DNA from: Dimorphilus gyrociliatus | Lineage: Eukaryota; Animalia; Annelida | Assembly: GCA_904063045.1 (NCBI GenBank) | Contig: CAJFCJ010000030.1 | Span: 372,001 to 436,000, forward strand | DNA: 64,000 bases | Direction: 5' to 3' | Shown here: in pieces, positions 14,674 to 24,433 of the stretch | Layout of the letters: each line of letters begins with the position of its first letter | How positions within the stretch are numbered: position 1 is the stretch's first letter | Translations under genes and position numbers: made by a program | The notes under the pieces: generated by a model | The model's database searches: none | Seen by the model: the letters and a program-made list of their open reading frames with translations, nothing else | Told to the model about the DNA's origin: nothing

Positions 14674-16415
14674 TCAATGGAAAAGTAGACAAGGGATAGA
14701 CGATGATATAGCTAGAAGGAAAATGCTAAATTTTGTTTGGGTGCCTGATACTTCTGTGGTTGTCAAAATGGTTGGTTCAGTGGTTGGTTTAGTAGTTGGT
14801 ACAGTGATTGGTTCAGTGATCAGAGTGATGGTTGATTTCGCAGTTAGTTCCGTTGTTGGTTTGGTAGTTGGTTTAGTTGTCGGAGTGATGGTTGTTGGTT
14901 CAGGAGCAATGTTAAAAAAGTCTTCGCATTTCGTCATAATCCAGTCGGGAACTTTAAAAAATTAGACAAGTCATTAGGTTACAATATCTAATCAAATATG
15001 TAGTTAACCCTACTGGAAGGCAATCCGTCACTTGATGTACAAGTTTCTGGGGATTCATTGAGTTCACTTCGATCTGTAATAAAATCTTTTACTAAGGCTT
15101 CTGGAGGAGCTCCGAACTTCATCGCGCATTTGAAGCTATCAAGAACATCATCGGTTACAATAGCACATGCTCCAATTCTTGAAGCTGGAGCGGAAAAAGT
15201 GATCCTTGGCTCGTCAAAGGTTCCAAAGGTTAACGCCTTGTCGTCCTTATCAGTCATAATACCTTTAGGTGCCCAGTTTCCGCTGTAGTCGTTAAAGCAA
15301 AAAGCAAGATTTTGGTTGTTACCTAAGTTTGCATGAGTTTTTCTTTTACAGTTTGGTATAGCTATTGAGAAACAAATTAAAGTGAAAATGTGTGTTTTAA
15401 AAACATATTGATATATACCCATAGCAACGACAAAAGCCGAATACGAATCAGTTAAATTGCCATTTTTAAAACCAGAGCAAGAATATTTGCCGGTAAGGTA
15501 AGTTGCTGTTACCAGAACAGTAAGATCAAAAACGTTTGGCGTTGCGAATCGAAAAAGGTGTTTTAAGAAACTATAGACTTTAAATGAGTCTGAAACAACC
15601 ACACCTATCCCAGTCTGACTTTGAATAAGTGAATAAATGACGGCGTCGTGATCATTTTCGTTAATATCGTTGCATCTTAATACTATTGATGTGTTAAGTC
15701 TGGCAACAGTATTGGCTAGTCTCGTATTCTTATCGGGAAGTTTTAAAAATTCCAGACAGCATTTCTTTAAATAAGCTGGTACATTGGTGTCCCCATTAGC
15801 ATGATTGTCACAAGTAGTTCCAGAAAATTCTGGAGGCTTAGCATGATAGCTTTTATCATGAACAAGATCATATGGGGGAGATTCAAAATCAAAAGCACAT
15901 TTGAACGACGCGTTCTTATCAATGAGAGCACAGGCTCCTACAGCTAAAATAAATAACAATCAATTAGTTAAAACCTTTCTATTAAACTGATTTTATATAC
16001 TCGAATATTTAGCGTTTGAACGACCAGCATTATCATCATGACTTGTAAATTGAACGAAATTCATGAGATTGTCAACTGTCTCTATCTTTACTCTTGGTGC
16101 CCAATTTCCAGCATATTACGTATGGCAATAGCGATATCTTTATTTAGTTCATAGTCTTGATTCGGTACATCAACCTTCGCACACTTAGGAGTTTCATCTT
16201 AAAAATGAAAAAGTTTTAAACTTGTCAATACAGAACTGTCTTTGAATACAGCTGTGTTTACTGGGCGATAGCGCAGTTTAGCCCCATCACATATTACAAT
16301 AACTGAAAAGCAAAGTTTTTAACTTTCATTTTAAAGTTAGAAATATAATAAAACTTAATAAAAACTCACTGGAGAAAGTAATAAAAATCCATTGAAATGC
16401 TTGGAACTTGAACAT
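14674..16415 (-). pseudogene. Ig-superfamily GPI-anchored protein, copy A; 5' half disrupted, 3' half intact. Exons: 16370-16415, remnant exon 2 from 16302, 16001-16197, 15419-15943, 15014-15361, 14674-14951
   Basis: Aligns exon for exon with copy C. Relative to C it has a 299-bp deletion (junction at CAG 16231-16233) removing most of the first Ig exon and its donor, a GAA>TAA stop at 16116-16118, and a 1-bp deletion (exon 3 is 197 nt versus 198). Exons 4-6 keep open frames and GT/AG sites. Confidence 0.75.
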
Positions 16416-17506
16416 TTTGTCGAGTTTCGTTCGAAAGTCTAGCTCCTTATGGTGCAACACAATAAATTGTGAAAGAATTAGTTAATTTGTAGTTGTTTTT
16501 AGTTGGCTTTATATTTACTTCCTAAATTACAACTTAGATTAGATATTTTAATGACCCGATGGTTAAGATTACTTAAGTAGTGCGAAATAGATACAGTGAT
16601 GAATAATTTACAATTTTGTATTCTCTTTTTATAAAGACACTTTTAGAACTGATAATAGGGAATAATCAAAAAAAAGAAACTAAGTAAAGAAGTATTTATA
16701 ACTAATTTACGAATAATTGAATACAAAACAATGAAAAAGTCAAGAGAAGGATGAAATTTTATTGCAACGTCAAGAGATTTTACTATATTAGTATCATCAT
16801 CATAATTTAAAAGTAGTTTCGATATAATTTTAAATTATTGTTTAACAAGTCTGTCTATACAGTAAAATAATAAATTCAATATATATAATGCTAAATGAAA
16901 ACTGCCAAGGTGAATAAAAAAATAGTATTAGAAGAGAAGGTGTATTTGAAAATATTCTTCTGAAAGAGATCAATTTAAATTTCGAAGAACCTAAATAATT
17001 TTAAAAAGAAGAAATCTCAACCTTTAAGGGGTAACTTTGAAATCAGATAACATTTGAACTTTTCAAACAGATTTAATATAATCTTCAAATATATTGTCTG
17101 AGATAATACTTTTCAAGCTATTTTAATTACACGATAAAAGACTTAAGATTTTGTTAGCATACGATTAGTTTTTTATAATATTTAAGAATCTTTTTTCGGA
17201 TTTATTTTTTTATTTTCTTTTTTCTTTCAAGTAAAGTATTTTGTCAACAATTTGTCATACAGGAGTTGAAAATATAAAAACAACTTTTTTCAATCAAAAT
17301 TGTTTCATATAGCCATAAAGGAATATCAATTATTCACAGATATATGGTATAAAGTCACCAACAATCTATTCAATGTCATTAATATTGAAAGAGAAAATCA
17401 TCTTTTTTATATTTAAACAATTTGAGAAATTGTAAAAAAATAAAAATAAGAGTCATGTAAAAAAAGCAAATATAGCAATCATAATTTGCTAAATAATTAG
17501 TTGTTT

Positions 17507-20500
17507 TCAATGGAAAAGTAAACAAGTGACAGAAGAAAATATTGCTAGAACGAAAATACTAAATTTTGTTTGGGTAGCTGATGCTTCTGTGGTTGTCGAA
17601 ATGGTTAGTTCGGTGGTTCCTTTGGTAGATAGTTTGGTGATAGATATGGTTGTTGGTTCGGTAGTTTGCTTGGTGGTTGGTTTAGAAGGTTGTTTGACAG
17701 TTGGTTTGGTAGTCGGTTTCGTAGTCAGAGTGATGGTTGGTTTAGTAGTTGGTACAGTGATTGGTTCAGTGGTCAGAGTGATGGTTGATTTCGCAGTTAG
17801 TTCCGTTGTTGGTTTGGTAGTTGGTTTAGTTGTCGGAGTGATGGTTGTTGGTTCAGGAGCAATGTTAAAAAAGTCTTCGCATTTCGTCATAATCCAGTCG
17901 GGAACTATAAAAAATTACATAACAAATTAAGTTACAATACTTACTCCAATATGTAGTTAAACATACTTGAAGGCAATCCGTCACTTGATGTACAAGTTTC
18001 TGGAGATACATTAGGTTCACTCCTATCTGTAATAAAATCTTTAATTAAGGCTTCTGGAGGGGCTCCAAATTTCATTGAGCACTTGAAGCTATCAAGAACA
18101 TCATCAGTTACAATAGCACATGCTCCGATTCTTGAAACTGGAGCGAAACTGCCGATCCTTGGCTCGTCAAAAGTACCCAAGGTTAACACCTTGTCGTCCT
18201 TATCAGTCATAGTAACTTTAGGTGCCCAGTTTCCACTGTAGTCGTTGAAGCAAAAAGCAAGATTTTGGTTATTACCCAAGTTTGCATGAGTTTTTCTTTT
18301 ACAGTTTGGTATAGCTATTGAGAAAAAAATTAAAGTGAAAACGTTGTTTCAATAACATATTGATATATACCCATAGCAACGACAAAAGCTGAATAAGAAT
18401 CAGTTAAATTGCCATTTTTAAAACCAGAGCAAGAATATTTGCCAGTGAGCTGAGTTGTTGTATCCAGAACAGTAAGATCAAAAACGTTTGGCGTTTCGAA
18501 TCGAAATAGGTTTTTTAAGTGATCATAAACTTCAAATGAGTTTGTAAGAATCCAACCTTCACCAGTTTGACTTTGAGTAAGTGTATAAGCGCCAGCGTCG
18601 TGTTCATTTTCGTTAATATCGTTGCATTTTAATACTGTTGATGCGTCAAGTCTGGCAACAGTATTGGTTAGTCTTGTATTCTTATCGGGAAGTTTAAGAA
18701 ATTCCAGACACTTCTCCTTCAAATAAGCTGGTACATTGGTGTCTACACTAGCAGGATTCTCACAAATAGTTCCAGAAAATTCTGGAGGCTCATCATGATA
18801 ACTTTTGTCAAAAACAAGATCATATGGGGGAGCTTCAAAATCAAAAGCACATTTGAACGACGCGCCCTTATCAATGAGAGCACAGGCTCCTACAGCTAAA
18901 ATAAATAACAATCAATTAGTCAAAACCTTTCTATTAAACTTATTTTATATACTCGAATATTTAGCGTTTGAAGGACCAGCATTATCATCATGACTTGTAA
19001 ATTGAGCGAAATTCATGAGATTGTTAGCTGTCTCTATCTTTACTCTTGGTGCCCAATTTCCAGCGTATTCCGTATGGCAATAAGCAATATCTTTATTTTG
19101 TACATAGTCTTGATTCGGTACATCAACCTTCGCACACTTAGGAGTTTCATCTTAAAAAAGAAAAATTTTTAAATTTGTCAATACAGTAGTGAAAAACTGG
19201 AAGAATACACACCAATTGCTGAAAGATATGCATGATAGTAAGTGTCTCTGCTGCCATTACGGAACCCTACACATTCATACAATCCAGTTGTATATTCATC
19301 TACTTTTGTATTGAGAAGGTGATAGTTGTCGTCATCCGGTAGTTTAAATCTGCTTTGAAGGTGTATCAAGATTTCGTAGTTGTTGGCAATAATATAATGA
19401 TCACTGGTTTGACTTGCTTTAAATACCCAATTTGTATATTCGTAATAACCTGGTGCATCTATAGCTGAGCAATTTAAAAGTGCAGAACTGTCTTTGAATA
19501 CAGCTGTGTTTACTGGGCGATAGCGAAATTTCAGAGGTTGAGTGGTTGGTTTGGTAGTTAGTTTGGTGGTCGGAGTGATGGTTGTCGATTCATGAGCAAT
19601 GTTGAAAAAGTCCTCGCATTTCGTCATAATCCAGTCAGGAACTATAAAATATTAGACAAGAAATTAAGTTACAATACTTACTCCAATATGTAGTTAAACA
19701 TACTTGAAGGCAATCCGTCACTTGATGTACAAGTTTCTGGAGCTTCATTAGGTTCACTCCGATCAGTAATAAAATCTTTAATTAAGGCTTCTGGAGGGGC
19801 TCCAAATTTCATTGAGCACTTGAAGCTATCAAGAACATCATCAGTTACAATAGCACATGCTCCGATTCTTGAAACTGGAGCGAAACTGCCGATCCTTGGC
19901 TCGTCAAAAGTACCCAAGGTTAACACCTTGTCGTCCTTATCAGTCATAGTAACTTTAGGTGCCCAGTTTCCACTGTAGTCGTTGAAGCAAAAAGCAAGAT
20001 TTTGGTTATTACCCAAGTTTGCATGCGTTTTTCTTTTACAGTTTGGTGTAGCTATTGAGATAATAATTAAAGTGAAAACGTTGTTTCAATAACATATTGA
20101 TATATATACCCATGGCAACGACAAAAGCTGAATAAGAATCAGTCAAATTGCCGTTTTTAAAACCAGAGCAAGAATATTTGCCTGTCAGCTGAGTTGTTGT
20201 ATCCAGAACAGTAAGATCAAAAATGTTTGGCGTTGCGAATCGAAAGATATTTTTTAAATGCTCAACAACCTCAAATGAGTTTGTAAGAATCCAACCTTCA
20301 CCAGTTTGACTTTGAGTAAGAGTATAAACGCCAGCGTCGTGTTCATTTTCGTTAATATCGTTGCATTTTAATACTGTTGAAGCGTTAAATCTGGCAACAG
20401 TGTTGGTTAGTCTCGTATTCTTATCAGGAAGTTTAAGAAATTCCAGACACTTCTCCTTCAAATAAGCTGGTACATTGGTGTCTACACTGGCAGGATTCTC

Positions 20501-21406
20501 ACAAGTAGTTCCAGAAAATTCTGGAGGCTCATCATGATAACTTTTGTCAAAAACAAGATCATATGGGGGAGCTTCAAAATCAAAAGCACATTTGAACGAC
20601 GCGCCCTTATCAATGAGAGCACAGGCTCCTACAGCTAAAATAAATAACAATCAATTAGTTGAAATCTTTCTATTAAACTTATTTTACATACTCGAATATT
20701 TAGCTTTGGAAGAACCAGGATTATCATCATGACTTGTAAATTGAGCGAAATTCATGAGATTGTTAGCTGTCTCTATCTTTACACTTGGTGCCCAATTTCC
20801 AGCGTATTCCGTATGGCAATAAGCGATATCTTTATTTTGTTCATAATCTTGATTTGGTACATCAACCTTCGCACAATTAGGAGTTTCGTCTTAAAAATAA
20901 AAAAGTTTTAAACTTGTCAATAGAGAATTAAAAAACTTTAAGAAGACACACCAATTGCTGAAAGATATGCATGATAGTAAGTGTCTCTGCTGCCATTACG
21001 GAACCCTACACATTCATACAATCCAGTTGTATATTCATCTACTTTTGTATTGAGAAGGTGATACGTGTCGTCATCCGGTAGTTTAAATCTGCTTTGATGG
21101 TGTGGCAAGATGTCGTAGTTGTTGGCAATAATATAATGATCACTGATTTGACTTGCTTTAAATACCCAATTTGTATATTCGTAATAACCTGGTGCATCTA
21201 TAGCTGAGCAATTTAAAAGTGCAGAACTGTCTTTGAATACAGCTGTGTTTACTGGGCGATAGCGAAGTTTAGCCCCATCGCATATTACAATAACTGAAAA
21301 ACAAAGTTTTTAACTTTCATTTTAAAATTAGAAATATAATAAAACTTAATAAAAACTCACTGGAGAAAGTAATAAAAGCCCATTGAAATGTTTGGAACTT
21401 GAACAT
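17507..21406 (-). CDS. Ig-superfamily GPI-anchored protein, copy B, a double-length fusion gene (about 1118 aa). Exons: 21361-21406, 20952-21293, 20692-20889, 20110-20634, 19704-20051, 19213-19641 (chimeric), 18953-19150, 18371-18895, 17967-18314, 17507-17904
   Basis: All ten exons have GT/AG boundaries, all introns are phase 1, and the spliced frame (3357 nt) is open. Architecture: signal peptide MFKFQTFQWAFITFSIIVICDG, four [Ig V/I-like + six-Cys GNWAP domain] modules, Thr/Pro stalk, hydrophobic C-terminal tail (KFSIFVLAIFSSVTCLLFH). Confidence 0.85.
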
Positions 21407-22181
21407 TTTATCGAGTTCCGTTTGAAAGTCAAGCTGCTTCTGGTCTAACACGACAAGTTGTGAAAGAATTCCTTAATTTGTAGTTGTTTCTAGGTGGCTA
21501 TAAATTTACTTCCTAAATTACAACTTAGATTAGATATTTTAATGACCCGATGGTTAAGATTACTTAAGTACTGCGAAATAGATAAAGTGATGAATAATTA
21601 ACAATTTTGTATTCTCTTTTTATAAAATTACTGTTTTAACAGACACATTTATAACTGATAATAGGGAATAATCAAAAAGAGAGGCTAAGTAAAGAAGTAT
21701 TTATAACTAATTTACGAATAATTGAATATAAAACAATGAAAAAGTTAAGAGAAAGATGAAATTTTATTGCAACGTCGAGTGATTTTACTACATGAGTGTC
21801 ATCATAAGAATTTAAAAGTATTTTCTATATATTTTTAACTTATTGTTTAACAAGTCTGTTATACGGTAAAATAATAAATTCAATATTGTTTATGCTAAAT
21901 GAATACTGCCAAGGTCAATAAAAAAATATTATTAAAAGAGAAGGTGTATTTGAAAATATTCATCTTAAAGAGATCAATTTAAATTTCGAAGAGCCTTAAT
22001 AATTTTAAAAGAAGAAATCTCAACCTTTAAGGGGTAACTTTGAAATCAGATAACATTTGAATGTTTCCTCTATAAACAGCTTTTATAGCTAATATTTTAA
22101 TGTTACCTTTTATCTATTAGATTCCGTTCTTTGGCATTTTATTATAAATATTTAAATTATATGTTTTTTAATTAAAATTAA

Positions 22182-23030
22182 AAAAATTTCGCCAACGATC
22201 TAAAAAAAAAGTTTTGATTGCTAACCTTTCAAAAATTACTATCTTATCTACTATTTACTTTCTTACCAATTGTATGACGAAGAGGTAAATAACATAACGA
22301 TTATTTAAACAAAGAAGATGGGAGTCTCTCCCCTCTACTTGTTTCCTTTTTTATAAATTCTTAAGTAACTATTAGCAAAATAATAAAAAGAAGAAGAAGA
22401 AAGAGAAGAAAATAAACTAACAGAATGAAGGGAAAAAATGAAAGGATGGATAGGGAATAATAGAAAGAATGGAATAAGGATATTTTTCCTATCGCCCTCT
22501 CCTGTCCGCCTCCAAAACGTTCAAAAGAGACGTCGATGTATGATTGACGTGCAATTTACACTCGGTTGTTAACACAGATGACAAACGTGTATTTTATATG
22601 CAATTATAGGGCCCACCTTATTCCCTATTATTTTCTCAAGGTTCTTTTTGTTGTTCGCCTTGTTTCCTCAACTTTTAGTCTTGTCCAGTCAATAATTTTA
22701 CTCTTTTTCTTTAAAGACACGTCTTTGCTATTTATACATTTAAAAAAAAAACAATTCTCGATTGGGAATTTATTTTAATGGATCCAAAGTTTCTTTGCTT
22801 TGTAAGAACCTTTTAAAACATGAGACCATTTTAACGGGTTTTCATAATTGAGCTATATAGAGACAAAACTAAGGATATAGAGGGATAAGGAACAACTTAT
22901 CTAATCGATTCTCTATAGGGATTTCGTTTTCTCTTTTATAATAATAGACACTTTTAATATGCCGTAAACTTTTAGTCAATATTTGAAAACAGTATACAAT
23001 ATAGACACATCGAAAAATTAAAGGACCATT
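22182..23030 (+). repeat. Dispersed repeat, copy 2, located between Ig copies B and C
   Basis: Same sequence as 2285-3136 at offset 19897. No TIR, TSD or coding capacity recognised. Confidence 0.9.
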
Positions 23031-24433
23031 AGAATATTCACATACTAATTTATTCATAATCTTTAAAATTTTAATTCATTATAACGATATTAAATAGTAT
23101 ATTAATAATTATACACAACTTTGCTTTGTTCAATCTTTTTAATTTTTTTTTGGCTTATACGTTACATGATGGAATAAGTCAAACAGTAGTGATCTTAATA
23201 GAATAATGAATCATTACTAACACGGAAATGGTTGAAGCCACTGGTTCTTTATATCTATCAATATGAAATCAATAATGGACTACTTCAAAGATAAAATCAT
23301 GATAGAAATAGGTTCTCACTCAGAGATAAACAAACTAGAACTCTGCGTTAAAATTGTTGGTATCAGTAATATCCAAAATGTAAAGAATCCAACTTAAATG
23401 ATGTAAATACCCTTATCAGAATGAGAAAATATTTTAAAGAAACTTCTTTGTTATACTTAAAGTGTTTATTTGACTAGAAATCAAAGAAAAAAGCTTTTTC
23501 TATTTCAATTGAATCAAGTTGAAAAGAATTTATTGTTAAAAGCATAGAATTCAACGAGTTCCTACTATTAGACTGGGTGAAAAGCGAGTTTACTTCCAAT
23601 TTTTATATAAGTTAAATATGTAATAGTTTTGAAACGAAATCTAAAAGTTAATAAAGTTTAATAGTTATTAAAAAAAACTATATATATAAGGTCAAATGCT
23701 AAGTTAAAGAGGATAAAGAGTCTTTATTGAGAAATTGCTCTTTTCCTTTTGTCATAAAATCAAGGATTCGTAAGATTTTGTTTCATCAATTTTTTTCTGA
23801 GATAAGTTTAATCATTAATCACCAATGTTTCAGTACATTACAGAATATATTAAAAATATTGTATTTGCAGTCTTTTCAGAGTCAAATACTTGCAAATTTC
23901 AATAATAAGTAAAAAAGTTTGACAGAAATGTAAATTATCTTTTAATTTTTATATTATACTCTTATTTTATATCCAATTAAATCTCTTTCAACTTTTCGAA
24001 CAGATTTATTATAATCTTCAAATATATTGTCCGAGATAATAATTTTCAAGCTCTTTCAATGATACCATAAAACACTTAAGATGGCGTTAGCATACGATTA
24101 GTTTTTTATAATATTTAAGAATCTTTTTTCGGATTTATTTTTTTATTTTCGTTTTTCTTTCAAGTAAAGTATTTTGTCAACAATTTGTCATACAAAGTTG
24201 AAAATATAAAAACAACTTTTTTCAATCAAAATTGTTTCATATAACCAGAAAAGAATATCAATTATTCACAGATATATAGTATAAAATCATCAGCAGTCTA
24301 TTCAATAGCATTGACAGTGAAAGAGAAAATCATCTTTTTTTTAGTTAAATAACTAGAAAAGTAGTAAAAAAAATAAAAGTCATGTAAAAGAAACAAATCT
24401 AGCAACCATAATTAGTCAATTAATTAGTTGTGT
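23030..24433. repeat. Duplicated 3' flank of the Ig genes (paralogous to about 13377-14673 and, in part, 17057-17506)
   Basis: Colinear blocks, e.g. AGAATATTC..TACTAATTTATTCATAAT at 13377 and 23030, and CAACAATTTGTCATAC in all three flanks. Confidence 0.85.
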
